NCBI GenBank assembly: GCA_001938485.1
Contig: MQRK01247738.1
Location: 30,174 to 94,173 of the forward strand
Reading direction: 5' to 3'
DNA: 64,000 bases
Origin: Girardia tigrina
Lineage: Eukaryota
Shown: positions 12,831 to 25,739 of the stretch, in pieces
Layout: each line of letters starts with the position of its first letter
Position numbering within the stretch: the first letter of the stretch is position 1
Program-made: the position numbers and the translations under genes
Notes under the pieces: model-generated
What the model was told of the DNA's origin: nothing
Database searches by the model: none
The model's input: only the letters and a program-made list of their open reading frames with translations

Positions 12831-14369
12831 AAAAATCAATATTTATTATTATCTATTTTATTAGATATCAAAATTTTTAATTATAACTAGAACAGTAAAA
12901 CAAATGACATTAAAAGTTTATCAGGTTTTTTCCTTTCTTTTTTTTACATTTTTCTTTTCTTAATATAACAAAAGTAATTTTAAGTAATAATTTATAATAA
13001 TCTTTAAATAAATATAAATATATATAATTTATTGAAATTGGAATTAAAAATTCCAATTCCAAATTTTACCTTCAATTTCCATCTNNNNNNNNNNNNNNNN
13101 NNNNNNNNNNNNNNNNNNNNNNNNNNNNNNNNNNAGTAATTTTAAGTAATAATTTATAATAATCTTTAAATAAATATAAATATATATAATTTATTGAAAT
13201 TGGAATTAAAAATTCCAATTCCAAATTTTACCTTCAATTTCCATCTTGAACAATATTGATCCTTTAAATTGTTTCTTTTTAATATGTAAAAGAAAGGATC
13301 TCACCGAATAATTCAATTAGTTCTGTATTTGGTTTCTAATACTAATAACCTATTTCCATTTTATAACTAAAAATCAAAACGTAATTTAATTTTATATTTA
13401 ATAAAACATCTAATAAAATAAAATAACAATAACTTAAATAAAATTTATTTTAGCATTTGTTGCGATTTTTACTAATTTTTTATATTGTTATTGCACCATG
13501 ATTTCGATGTCTTCATTATCATAAAACTTCGTTTATCCGAACGTATATAATCGTTTATCTGAAAGAACTTCTTCAAAAAGTATGTGGACATTCGAGAGTC
13601 AACTTTGTATTTTTATTCCATCAATAAGCATGTATGATGTGCCAAAGGAAGTACAATATTTTATATTTTGTCATCAGGAAAAGGATTATTGTACAAAAAT
13701 TTTGTCCTTAAAATGTACCTTCAAACATCCTTAAGGGTCGATATTCCTGTTTGTCGTGATTTAGAAATATAATAATCATTCTTCGTTTTACTCTTATTCG
13801 TTTATTATGGAATTTTAATACAAATCTTTTATTATTATTATTATTATTTTAAACCAATTAATATTGCACGCTTATTCTTGTAACCTCATTTCGTATTTTG
13901 ATTTAACTCAAACTCTAATTTAATATCTAAATTAATAATAATTTATTAAAAATAACACAAATGATATTTTTGTGTAGATACACCATACAAAAATTATGAA
14001 AAGAATTTGTTAAGAACAATGTCGATTTTGCAAAACAAATTGTTTTTAATAAAAAATAATAAAAAGAAAAAAAATAATAATTTAAAAATTAATTTTGATC
14101 AACTTTTTTGGATCTAATTTAAATAAATATTAAAAAATTTTCTTTGACAATTTCTTTTATATTTTCTTTTTTATAGGTTGAATCAAAAAATATTTTTATG
14201 CAACTTTTAATGAGTAAATTGATTCATTTAATATCGAATTTTTGACTTGTTTTATTCATTTTTAAACTATAAATATATCAAAACAACAAATAGACAACAA
14301 CGGAATTTATTTTTCTGATATTTGATACTCATAACATAATAAATAAATAAATAAATAAATTATTTGATC

Positions 14370-14597
14370 TCAATATTTGCTGTAACTGTCATAACCGTAC
14401 GAATCATATTTGTCGTATTTTTCATATTTGTCGTATTTGTCGTACTTTCCGTATTTGTCGTGTTTTCCGTATTTGTCGTATTTTTCGTATTTGTCGTACT
14501 TTCCGTATTTGTCGTGTTTACCGTACTTGTCGTATTTGTCGTAGTAATCGTCTGCTACAACGAACGCGATGAGAACTGCAAGAATGAGTAACTTCAT
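14370..14597 (-). CDS. Secreted Tyr/Lys/Asp tripeptide-repeat peptide, copy 1 (75 aa)
   Basis: Signal-like MKLLILAVLIAFVVA, then 15 x [Y/H][D/E/G]K. Has a TATA box, CAAACATG start and AATAAA. The ORF is intact in all three paralogues, with synonymous differences. Confidence 0.9.
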   Translation of the reverse strand: MKLLILAVLIAFVVADDYYDKYDKYGKHDKYGKYDKYEKYDKYGKHDKYGKYDKYDKYEKYDKYDSYGYDSYSKY

Positions 14598-14950
14598 GTT
14601 TGAATGAAAGTATCAAATATGTAGTAATAAAATGTTGTGAAGAAACAGTGAAACAGACGGATATTTATACAATTCTGTCTACAGCGATGTTACAAAGTTT
14701 GAAAGATAAAACTTACCGCAGACCTTCATTATTCACCTTTAAGCCATGATAATTTGCAGTTTTTATCGTACGATTTGCTAAAGGTGAATTTCGAAAACAA
14801 AATCTTTACGTACAGATAGTAGAAATGTCGTCGTGTCATTTTCGATATGTTAAATGTACAAAATATTCTTGTTCGAATAATTTTAGACGTTTTTCTCTCT
14901 TTTTATTCTTTTGTAATTCGATACGCAAAAATTAAATTTCAATAGAAAAT
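14598..14950 (-). promoter_or_regulatory. Core promoter/upstream region of repeat-peptide gene
   Basis: TATAAATA at 14669-14662, about 70 nt before the ATG. Near-identical in all three copies. Confidence 0.7.
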
Positions 14951-15559
14951 CTAAAAGTACTGAAAATTTTCTAAACTAAATAATAATTTAATTTTAATGC
15001 ATTGATATTATTTTTATATTATTTAATTAGTTTTAAAGGATTTTATTTTAATTGATTTATGTTGCATTAAAATATATTTTTTTAATGGTAAAAAAGAAAC
15101 CTGTTTTTAATTTAACTGACAAAAAATGATTTTTCAAAAAAGATTAAAAGAAAATATAAACGATTATTAAATGAGGAAAATATATTTTTTTGTTGATTTA
15201 TTTAAAATAAATTATTTAAAATTTTGTATCTTGTAAATATGTTAAATGAAATTTCGAACTTTGATTAAAATTGAAAATATAAATAAATATATAAATTCTG
15301 TGAAATTGGGAATTTATTTCCGGAATGTCGTTATGCAAGAATTTATATATATATTTATATATAGAAAGATTTGTGTCAAATGGAAATAAATTTGAATTTT
15401 ATTGAAAAAGGATTTTACATATTTATAAGCAAAACAAAATGTTTATTCCTATTGTTTTATTATTCTGTCTAATATTTCTACTAAACAAAAATATAGCTTT
15501 AAGTAAATTTTATTTATATTCTTTAAAATCTATAAACATCATAAAAAAATAGGAATTCA

Positions 15560-16268
15560 TGTCTTTTTATACATTAAGAGAAACAAGGCTTCATCGCACA
15601 GACCGTAACAAGAAAGAAATAAAAATTTGTTGACAATGTAATCTCGAATCGTACAGCTTGAAGATGGTTTAAAAAGACCACCAACGACAATACTGATCTT
15701 GGACACTATTTGCCCACTAGGTCGCCCTTCGACAGTGAAGGAATTATAAAAAATCTTAGAAACAAATCACTAAATAAGCACTCATTGATTGTATTCGATT
15801 TCCTTATTGCTCAAACATCAATTGTGTAGCATCGTCATGGTTTTTGCCAAAAGCTTCCTTTTAAATTGAATTATATTTGAACTCAAAAACGAGTTAACCT
15901 TCCAAAAATTTCTGCATTATAGTTTTATCCGTAAAAGTTTTACACGTAACGAAATGTAGTCATATTTTTACAGTCCTCAATTTCGTCTAACTTGATCATA
16001 TACACAGCGTTTGGTAGAATCACCTCACGTTGATCGATCGAAAGCATGGTCATCTGCAGCAAGACAACGCAAAAATACACATCACCAGGCTAACACTAGA
16101 AAAGATATAATATCCAGAAGCCATCGAACTTCGGTATCTAATGTATGGTTTATCATAATAAAGTAGAATAATAGTAATAATAATAAATATAAAAATTATA
16201 TCCACGAGACCATAAGGAAAACCCGATTTAAACCGTGTATATTTTGAAATATTGTTCCTATAATTCAA
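15560..16268 (-). pseudogene. Degenerate coding fragment with two hydrophobic segments, family unknown
   Basis: ORF 16050-16268 has two TM-like stretches; coding-like but broken sequence continues downstream. Confidence 0.25.
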
Positions 16269-16659
16269 TTAATTATTTGTTATAAGTAAATATTAAGCAG
16301 ATTATCTATCAGTTAATTGTTGTTATTGAAGTTCAAATTTTCTAAGAAATTTATTTGTTGAAACTAAATTATGATGAACAATTCGCATATTCGGCGCCTC
16401 GATCTAAAGGGCTACGAAATCTGTCCCTTTAAAATAATTCCGAGAACTGGGGTATTTATAGCACAAGAATGAAGCTGCCGTGAAAAAAATGAACTTTATA
16501 AACTGATCCTCTATTAAGGCAAAATTGATGGTAAATAATATTGTTGAGAGTGGGTAAGATTATAAAGGTAAACTAACTGAATAATAATAATTCAGTGAAA
16601 TAACTTTTTTCAATAAATAGAATAAGAATAAGTTTAATTGCAATTAAAATGTATTAATA

Positions 16660-17281
16660 GAGGGTTGCCTCATAAGTTTTGCCTCAAAAAGACCACCAAG
16701 AAAACACAAAAATGCAATAAAATATAAAATATTTTATCAATCGTCCACGTCATGCAAATGCGAAAAGTAGTCGTCATTGTGCTCAATACATCTCAGCCTA
16801 CGCACATGGAGGCTGCGTTTCCCATTTTGGAAAAAAATCACGCGATTTCTTGTCAAACCAATGTAGAAGATCTGTGTTTATATCGTTGACGACGGCATAT
16901 TATTTTCCTCTAAGTGCACATTTCATCGTTTTCACGAAAATTGGAAATCCACCTTTCACATGTTCTCTTTGAGACTGTTCCAACTGTGTCAATCATCTGT
17001 GAGGGTTTTAAATCCCTCTTCCAGCAATAGTAAATTAATTTACGAATGTATAGGATGATGAAAATATCCGAAATTTACGAAAACCCTTTTATTTTATTAA
17101 AACAAAAATTCATTTAGAACAGAAAATAAAAATTATTGGACATAAATAGATCGCAAATGCTAGTTTATCTAATTCACATTTTATTAGGAATTGCAAATAT
17201 ATAAGAATTATTTATATGATGCAAGCATATCTGCTGTTAACATAGGTATATGTGTGCGACAAAACTTATGAGGCAACCCTG
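16660..17281 (-). mobile_element. Tc1/mariner deletion derivative
   Basis: TA-flanked TIRs (G/C)AGGGTTGCCTCATAAGTTTTG. Transposase C-terminal remnant 'RCIEHNDDYF' on the minus strand. Confidence 0.8.
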
Positions 17282-17570
17282 TACTAAGAATAACTAGAAA
17301 TAGAAAGAATAAAAAAGAATATTGATATTGTCATCACTATACAAATAAAAAGAAAAAAGACGGAGAAGATATTTGAATAAATTAATTACTTTAAATTGTT
17401 CGTTAATCGTGTAATAAATCGGATTTGAAGAAGATACTGGTTAGGATGTATATGGAACAGTCTTAGGTTGGGTAAAATTGGTAAATTATTAACAGATATT
17501 ATTAATAAACTTGAAAAAAGATGGCAATTTTTTATTAAAAACAAATAAACGCCATTTAAAAATATATTTT

Positions 17571-17614
17571 AGGATAATATATTTCGACGGTTTAACCGTC
17601 ATCATCAGATCACT
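17571..17614 (-). ncRNA. Minimal type I hammerhead ribozyme (PLE pLTR)
   Basis: CTGATGA-T-GACGG/TTAAA/CCGTC-GAAA-TATA-TT; stem I GAT/ATC. Confidence 0.8.
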
Positions 17615-19330
17615 GATTATGTTCTTTTTTTATTGCTTTTATATAAGAAGTGAATGATTATGCAATCACTTACGTAAGTCTAATCGAAAACTCTTAACAA
17701 ATTAGTTGAGAGTGCTGTTTGAACATTGATTTTAGGATCACATGATCTTATCAACAATGCTTCACATGANNNNNNNNNNNNNNNNNNNNNNNNNNNNNNN
17801 NNNNNNNNNNNNNNNNNNNNNNNNNNNNNNNNNNNNNNNNNNNNNNNNNNNNNNNNNNNNNNNNNNNNNNNNNNNNNNNNNNNNNNNNNNNNNNNNNNNN
17901 NNNNNNNNNNNNNNNNNNNNNNNNNNNNNNNNNNNNNNNNNNNNNNNNNNNNNNNTGTATTGATAAACAATGTCCGAACACAATCCTAAAGGAGTATGTG
18001 ATTTATTGCAAAACATATTCTCAACTTTAAATGATTGAGAAATAATTTTTAAATTTAAAATATTATTTGTTGATATCAAGATCGAATTCTTGGGGTGTTT
18101 AAAACCGTCGGAGTAAGGTAAGCTTAGAGTATACCCAGGTGTAAAGCAGGTTTCAATGTTTAAACTATTATTTTTTTCATTTTTGATTTTTTCTTTTTCG
18201 ATTATTTTATGTACAGTCTCACGAGTCTATGATGGACTTAGAGTAACCGTTATTATTCAATAACTTGCTCAATGTATCAATACTGTTAATAGATTTTGAA
18301 AATGTGGAAGAAAGAGACCAAGAGCGGTATAACAAACCTTTGATCATATTTCTTTTATATTTAAACTCACAAAAACTGTTTATGGAGGTGTACAAACCAG
18401 TATCAGTTTTCTTTCGATATATTTCAGTTTCATAATGATCATTTTTCCTTTCAATGATTAAATAACAATTTGTTAATTGAAAGGAAAAATGATCATTATG
18501 AAACTGAAATATATCGAAAGAAAACTGATACTGGTTTGTACACCTCCATAAACAGTTTTTGTGAGTTTAAATATAAAAGGAATATGANNNNNNNNNNNNN
18601 NNNNNNNNNNNNNNNNNNNNNNNNNNNNNNNNNNNNNNNNNNNNNNNNNNNNNNNNNNNNNNNNNNNNNNNNNNNNNNNNNNNNNNNNNNNNNNNNNNNN
18701 NNNNNNNNNNNNNNNNNNNNNNNNNNNNNNNNNNNNNNNNNNNNNNNNNNNNNNNNNNNNNNNNNNNNNNNNNNNNNNNNNNNNNNNNNNNNNNNNNNNN
18801 NNNNNNNNNNTCTAAGCTTACCTTACTCCGATGGTTTTAAACACCTCAAGAATTCGATCTTGAAATCAACAAATAATATTTTAAATTTAAAAATTATTTC
18901 TCAATCATTTAAAGTTGAGAATATGTTTTGCAATAAATCACATACTCCTGTATGTTTGTGTTCGGACATTGTTTATCAATACACATGTAATGGGTGCAAT
19001 GCCACATACATCGGAGAGACTGCCCGTCATCTCTGCAAACGAGTCCAAGAACACAGTCAAAAAGGGGGAAAGNNNNNNNNNNNNNNNNNNNNNNNNNNNN
19101 NNNNNNNNNNNNNNNNNNNNNNNNNNNNNNNNNNNNNNNNNNNNNNNNNNNNNNNNNNNNNNNNNNNNNNNNNNNNNNNNNNNNNNNNNNNNNNNNNNNN
19201 NNNNNNNNNNNNNNNNNNNNNNNNNNNNNNNNNNNNNNNNNNNNNNNNNNNNNNNNNNNNNNNNNNNNNNNNNNNNNNNNNNNNNNNNNNTTCATTTCTT
19301 ATATAAAAGCAATAAAAAAAGAACATAATC

Positions 19331-19374
19331 AGTGATCTGATGATGACGGTTAAACCGTCGAAATATATTATCCT
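19331..19374 (+). ncRNA. Minimal type I hammerhead ribozyme (PLE pLTR)
   Basis: Same core as 17571-17614: CTGATGA at 19337, GAAA at 19360. Confidence 0.85.
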
Positions 19375-20369
19375 AAAATATATTTTTAAATGGCGTTTAT
19401 TTGTTTTTAGATATTATTAAACAAGAGAAATTTCAACGACAACATATGTCGAATTATTTTGTCGAGGAAAAGTTAGATATATATATCCTTAAATTGGTTA
19501 AATGGAATTGTAGAAATGTAGACTAGTTGAAATGTGAATGTCAATGATAATTAGTTGGATGATTTGAAATCGATAGTAAATGTCCAAAGAATAGATTAGA
19601 TTGTCCCAACAAATAACTTCATATTTCTTTTCATTTACTTCGTAGTAACATTAATCTAATCCACGATAATCTGAATAATTCTTTTAAAATGTTTTAATCG
19701 ATACTTTAATTAATATTAATATAAACATATAATACTTATAAATACATAAATATATAAATAAATAATATAAAAAGACAAGATGATTATGTTAATGTCGGAA
19801 GGAAAGTGGCTACAGAGGAAACTCATCGCGTGTAAAAAGTGCCTGCAGATGTCTACTTGCTTGAATACTTAGCAAAGGTTTGTACTTAGAAGAATTATAT
19901 GCTTTGAATGACATCTTTAAATTGTACAACATTGTCTTTCCAACAATGGACTTTTCAAAAGAAATGTTAATGGCTACTTTTATTTTAAATATTTAGAAAC
20001 ATACCTCAAATATAACAATGAAAGAAGTTTTCATGGCATTTTACTTTTTATAATCATTTTATATAGGGACATTTCCATTGTTTTTTCAACACATTAGCTT
20101 TTCGCAAACTTTATTAACGAGAATTGTTTTCCTGAAATGACCTTTTACTTAACAAATTTAACTTTTGCAGAATTTCATTAATTTTGCATTATGAAGAGAA
20201 TTCATTGAAACATTTTTGAATGATGTTTGAATAATGTTTGAGGTATTTGTAAAGGCCTTTTGCGATAGGTGTACCTTACTAATTTTGCACTCTGGAGAAA
20301 AATGAAAAACACATTCGAATAGCTGTAGTATATTAAAAATTTCTTAAAACATTTTTAAAAAAATCAACG

Positions 20370-20410
20370 TTGGACATGTTTCGTTCAAAGTCTTTCATCA
20401 TCTTCAGTAA
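20370..20410 (-). ncRNA. Degenerate hammerhead-like motif
   Basis: CTGAAGA...GAAA-CATG-TC core, but stems I and II are mismatched. Confidence 0.4.
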
Positions 20411-21419
20411 CTTTATTTATGCTGATTTTATTTTTATTTTTATTTTTATTATTTTTTTATTATAAGAATTTATTTAATTTTTATAATATAAAAAAGAAAC
20501 TATTTTGAAAAATAAATAGTACTAAAGTTCAACTTTATTGGTTAATATTTTATTTTTTTATTTAAACATATTATTATATTATAATATATTATTATTATAT
20601 ATATTATATATTTGATTAATGGCTACCATTTAAAAACTAAGCGTAGTAGTAGTAGAGTAGTAAGCGAAGGACAACATATTTTAAATTGGAAAATAGAAAA
20701 CGACCTTTTCATGGTCATTTTTATGATTGTCAGACGAGAAGATTATTTCAGGTTAAGAGTCGAAATACTCGGCGAGTGGATGAGCAGGGAATTGCTGGCT
20801 TCAATATTTTCCTCTCGATAGCAAAAAGAAATGCAGTTGCGCAAAAGAATTTTACAACACTAACTGAAAATATGTCAAAACTGGTACGGATATTTAGTTT
20901 CATATATATGATGGATAATTTTAAAATTTTACAAATTTACCTGAATGAAAATTTAAAAATTCAAAGAATTACGTTATAATCAGTGAGAATATCATATCAG
21001 AAGAGCGAAGAAAAACTCAAAGTATTTCTTTTCAACCACGGAAAACTTTACTTATTAACTGTTTTAAGTTAGATAACATTTAAGAACGCAGTTCACATGT
21101 GAAAAGAAGTATCCTTGAATCCAGTCCAACATATTTCGTAGCAGAACTAGGTTAAATATTAAACGTTGAAGCTTGATAAATGACTTCAAAAATTGATATC
21201 CCAAACTTCGGCATTTTTCTTTTTTGTAGTATTTATTATTTAAAACTTCACTTTTTCTTTCATAAAATGTATAAATAAATTAAATAAAAAAACAAGAAAA
21301 CCAATATTACGGAGGTGACGATTTGTCTTTGATGAGCTGTATGAAGTAAGATTGTTGTTGTTTCGATTAGTTGGTTTAGATTATTTTCGTTTCTGTATTT
21401 CTTATGTCCTAAAATACTT

Positions 21420-21731
21420 TAAGAAAATACCCATGCGACCGGTTTTGGCAATGATTGGTAGTGTAAAGTATAATGTAGCTACGACACGTGTTAAATTACC
21501 ATTGCTTAGTAATCCTCTTGAATGTAAAAAGAAGATTTCATATTTTTAATGTTTTTAAATATCTTATGCTGTACTTTAAAATATAAATTATACTCGAATA
21601 ATTATTTATCGTGAACATCTAAAATATCAATTTTCCATCTGGGTGGGAGAAACACATTTCCAAATACTAAACTCAACATACAAAATTCAACAAACCAATT
21701 TCAACATACCAAATTTAAAATATTCCTCACA
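21420..21731. mobile_element. Penelope RT fragment (+) abutting partial Gypsy LTR (-)
   Basis: 'IPMRPVLAMIGSVKYNVA...NPLECK', then LTR family 2 sequence ending TATTCCTCACA. Confidence 0.65.
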
Positions 21732-21767
21732 ATTATAATAATAATAATAGTAATGATAATAATAATA

Positions 21768-21798
<31 letters not shown>

Positions 21799-21959
21799 GG
21801 TGATGATGATTTAAACTTCTTAACAATTTAATTCTTATCAGATGAAGATTTATTTTTATTTTTTTATTTTAGAATATAATTATTTTAAAATAAAAATTAT
21901 TTAAAAATAAAATCATTGTTTCTTAATTTTGAATTACTTAAAGATAGGATTTAAAGAAT

Positions 21960-22800
21960 ATTTTTTAGAGAACTTCATAACAATTTGTTCGCCAATTAGC
22001 TACCTAATTTCCAACGCAGCTTTCTGAAAGTGTAAAGCGTCATGGTTGTTTGATTTCAAACTTAATTGATTATATTTTACATTGTAATTCAGTGTATGTT
22101 TATAAAACATTATGTTGAACATAAATCTGAAAATAATAGTTTTTTTTAAAAAAGGATTCTTTTTTCACTACTGTTCACAGTATTAGTTAACGCACGAATA
22201 TATTGATATTTCGAAATATATATGATCACATAATCGGCATATTTGCTTTGCAATGTAAAGGAGAAGCCTTTGGGTCTTGGGGAAATCCTAGAAATTCTAT
22301 TCTCCCCGTGCTTGGCATTTAAATTCAAATGAAACATCAACGACCACATAACGACTGCAAAACGAGATTCCGGTGTCATCATACGGAAATTTTTCAAATT
22401 ATAATAGGTGAGAGAAAACTCGATGTCTTGAACGGCATAAACTATTTGACAAACTTATAACAACTCATAATTGATGAGCTTATAACTATCGGGAATTAAA
22501 TCAGTAATTGATTGAAAATTCAAAGCACTCAGATTTATAATAACTCTTAATGGTTAAGAAAGATTTCTTTTAAGAATGGAACATTTTTCTGTTTTATTTC
22601 CATGATAAAAAACGTTTCTTCATTATAATCGACTAAATTTATAATTCAAAACAAATCGGTATTTTTATTGTTTCAATTCATCATCGACTCGTTTGGTAAA
22701 TTATAAGTAGACAATTTATTTTTGTATTTCTGTCCGAAACTCATTACAAATTAGAACTTTTCAACAAAGAAAATGTTATGCAATGACATAAATTTTATTC
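21960..22800 (-). mobile_element. Degenerate MULE transposase remnant
   Basis: Weak DFE / 'FH' / 'TN..E'-like motifs in MULE order on the minus strand. Confidence 0.3.
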
Positions 22801-22842
22801 AAACAAATTCTGGCAGATCACAATTCCAAAACTTTGTTTACT

Positions 22843-23010
22843 AATTTGAAGAATGTTCTGAATTGTTTGTTGTTTTATATTTTGCATGTTGTATGTTGAT
22901 TCGGATTGTGTCTCTGTTACCAAGATGGCTGATTAATATTTTCTTTGATTCCTACTAATTGAAAATAAGTAAATTTAATTTTAAAGTTAAAATATTTAAA
23001 ATATTTAAAA
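22843..23010 (+). mobile_element. Partial Gypsy LTR (family 1)
   Basis: Matches the reverse complement of about 700-864. Confidence 0.7.
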
Positions 23011-23337
23011 ATATAATTCATTTGAGATTTAAGCGCTAAGTATTTTAATTAAAATGATGTATTTTTTATTAAAAAGTTAAGTATTCTTAATAAAACGCTA
23101 AGTAAAATAAACGAATTCTATGTATTATAATTATTATATCAGTAAATTAATATTTACTAAGTAAAAAAATTAATCTCTAAGTAAAAAACAATAATTCGAA
23201 GTATAATAATTAATCACTCATTAAATAAAAAAATGTATGCTAAAAAAGTAAAAGCTATGTTAAAAAATCAAAACAATCGGTAAATAAAAAAATTTCGATG
23301 TTGCTTTTTATCTTTTTATCAGTATTATTATTTTAAA

Positions 23338-23680
23338 AAATAATATTATTAATAAAAAAAATTTTTTTATAAAAACAACCACGTTTTTCAAGCATTACCA
23401 ATGCACTAAAAAGAGGAAAATAATTTTTTTCTAGACATGTGAGAAATTTTATACCTAACCAAAAACAGCGGATTTCTGAATTACTGCTATTAGTAACTGC
23501 TATTTCCTCTTTACTGCTTTTTAGTAACAATCGATCATTTCTATGCCCCACGTTTTTGGTTAGGTATAAAATTTCTCACATGTCTAGAAAAAAATTATTT
23601 TCCTCTTTTTAGTGCATTAATAATGCTTGAAAAACGTGGTTGTTTTTATAAAAAAATTTTTTTTATTAATAATATTATTT
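23338..23680. repeat. Long inverted repeat (foldback/MITE-like)
   Basis: 129-bp arms at 23338-23466 and 23552-23680, 2 mismatches, 85-bp spacer. Confidence 0.9.
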
Positions 23681-23699
23681 AACTATTTTTAGTTATCAT

Positions 23700-23872
23700 T
23701 TAGGAATTTTTTTTCAAAATTTTTTTTATCAAATTGTATTGTCATCGGAAGCAAGCCTATATAAAAAATTCAGCTCAATTGGATGACTGAAAGTGGTCGA
23801 AAAATCAATCGCAAGATTTGTTCCAGACAGACAAACAGACAAGAAAGCAAGCTAATAAAAACGTGGTAAAAA
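23700..23872 (+). mobile_element. Helentron-associated (HINE/DINE-like) element end
   Basis: (CAGA)n-like microsatellite followed by AAGCAAGCTAATAAAAACGTGGTAAAAA. Confidence 0.4.
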
Positions 23873-24169
23873 CAACATTATTCGACTTTTTTGTATATAT
23901 TTAGTAATAATCAAACAATTCGAAGTGTCACTTAGAAAAGTTTGGTTTGATGAAATTTAATTCGAATTCTTTAAAATGAAATACAACTATTTTTCTTTAA
24001 AACTAAATTTTATCCTTTATCATTAAAATGAAATTTACTGTACTTTTTCAAAAATTGTCCATATTTTTTAAAATCTAAGTTATTATAATTTTTCCAATAA
24101 TTTTAATATTAATAATAGAAATTCCCAGATAAATCTTGCAAACTAATCAAATTACTAGCAACTTAACAT

Positions 24170-25010
24170 AAATACCTGAATATCAATCATAATCTGATTC
24201 AGAAATGACTATCCAAGATAATGTAGTGACTAAGAAAGGATGATTTAGAGGTGTCGCATATGGGAGGAAGATTTTCGTTTTAAGTCACGTGAAGAAGCAC
24301 TAAGTAAAATTAAGGGAGTAAAATATGGAGCTAGTCCTATATGGATAAAACGGATGAAGGAGTGAAAGTGTTCCATAGGTGAAATTTAGCTAATTTTAAG
24401 GGTAAGCAATGCGATGCCGGCTTTTATCTCTTATATGATTCTACAAGTGTTGAGGTAATCTTATTTCGAGCTAGAGCTGAACATAATCATGATGAAAATT
24501 CTCCCAAAAATCTTTTTTTTCTGAAGATGTCAAAAATATTATATATGAGCTGATGGAACTTAGAATTAAGCCTAAGAGAATTTGAGAAATTTTGCATGAA
24601 CGAGGAATTGAAAAGAAAAAAATTCCATCAATAATTCAATTAAGAAATTTAAAACGAAATTGAAAAAGGAAAAATACGGGTCAGCTAAAATAATTTTAGG
24701 AGAGTTATAAGGTATACTCAAAGAAAATAAAAACGTTCCTGAATCAGATGATGATGCTTTTATATTAGAATATTCTGTTCATGACGAGTACAGTGATAAT
24801 GGTAGTTATGAAGAAGTCGAACAAGAAAGCAACACTTTCAAGTTTTTCCTCACAATTAAAAGACTATTGTGTATCGCTAAATGCAGAAAAATTCTACATC
24901 CCGATACTACTTATAAATTGAATTGGCAAGGTTTTCCATACTTAATTTGTGGTACGACCGACTCAGATCGACATTTTCATCCATATGGACTTACTGTCTG
25001 TAAAAATAAA
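24170..25010 (+). mobile_element. MULE transposase pseudogene fragment
   Basis: 'LHPDTTYKLNWQGFPYLICGTTDSDRHFHPYG' corresponds to the first catalytic-D region of MULE transposases. Confidence 0.75.
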
Positions 25011-25027
25011 TCTTTACTTATGTAAAA

Positions 25028-25059
25028 ACCCAAAAGATGGTGAACTATGCTTGTGTAGG
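25028..25059 (+). other. Short LSU (28S) rRNA-derived fragment
   Basis: ACCCAAAAGATGGTGAACTATGCTTGTGTAGG versus conserved eukaryotic LSU ACCCGAAAGATGGTGAACTATGCCTG..YAGG. Confidence 0.55.
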
Positions 25060-25739
25060 TTTTTTTAAGGTCAAAAAAAGTCAAAATCTAGGAAAAATAA
25101 AGTCAAAATTTTAATTTTTTTGGTCAAAAAATTACCCGTCCAAGTAATTATATTGAAAATTTCTTTGGGTTTCGTATTGTTGATATTGATTTGTTTTTGT
25201 ATTTATGTTGATCCTTTTTATCGTTGATTCATCGACTTCCCCTCGTCGGATCGGCGGCGGAGGCACATCCTTAGAATCGCCCCGTTCTGTAGATTCCGGA
25301 TCAATCAGTTGTTTTGTCATTTTCAAAAATAATTAAATTTGTTTTACTGAACTCGTGGAAATTCACACAGACAGAAATCAAAATTCTATGATAGTATTAA
25401 TAATGAATTTCATAAATTAAAAATTTAAAAGTAATAATTAAATATATTTATATGAAATAAAAATATATATTACTGTTTTAAAATTTGATATTAAGACTGT
25501 TATAACTAGTTAGACAACTTTATTGAAGAAAATTATTTTGTTAAACAAAAATTATTCCAATTCAAAGAAAAGTTTATGATAATCGTAAAGAAAGCATCAT
25601 TATCCGTCTACCAAGAAAATTGCGAACATAACTACTCTCAAAGAATTTAAATATTGACCTATTTTCTGAACTTATCAAGGAGATTCCAATATCTAAAGTA
25701 ACATTCATCATTGTTATTAATTTTCTCTAGCATTATTAC

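Larger units (their letters stand above)
11620..15360 (+). repeat. Segmental duplication unit 1 (paralogous to about 25390-31890; gene core also at about 44880-45910)
   Basis: Collinear sequence visible directly, interrupted by different transposon insertions in each copy. Confidence 0.85.
17506..19408. mobile_element. Penelope-like element family A, fold-back insertion with 12-bp TSD
   Basis: Left arm (-) 17506-18455 and right arm (+) 18470-19408 encode RT thumb + GIY-YIG (IVYQYTCNGCNATYIGETAR). TSD AGATATTATTAA at 17494-17505 and 19409-19420. Confidence 0.9.

Noticed and set aside
12973-13246. About 110-bp exact direct repeat flanking a 50-N gap
   Set aside because: Typical unmerged contig overlap; probable assembly artefact.
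14405-14545. Short periodic repeats as a possible CRISPR array
   Set aside because: 9-bp coding repeats with no unique spacers, in a eukaryotic context with no cas genes.
14364-14591. Plus-strand hydrophobic ORFs MISIFAVT... (also 28085-28312) and the RQI-repeat frame 28143-28337
   Set aside because: Antisense or alternative-frame shadows of the tripeptide repeat. The MISIF ORFs start at TTG and lack promoter and poly(A) context; the RQI frame's start is not conserved as a gene signal, whereas the YDK frame has all the gene signals.
14783-14792. GGTGAATTTC as a kappaB-like site upstream of the peptide genes
   Set aside because: Imperfect match; its conservation is uninformative because the whole upstream region is near-identical between copies.
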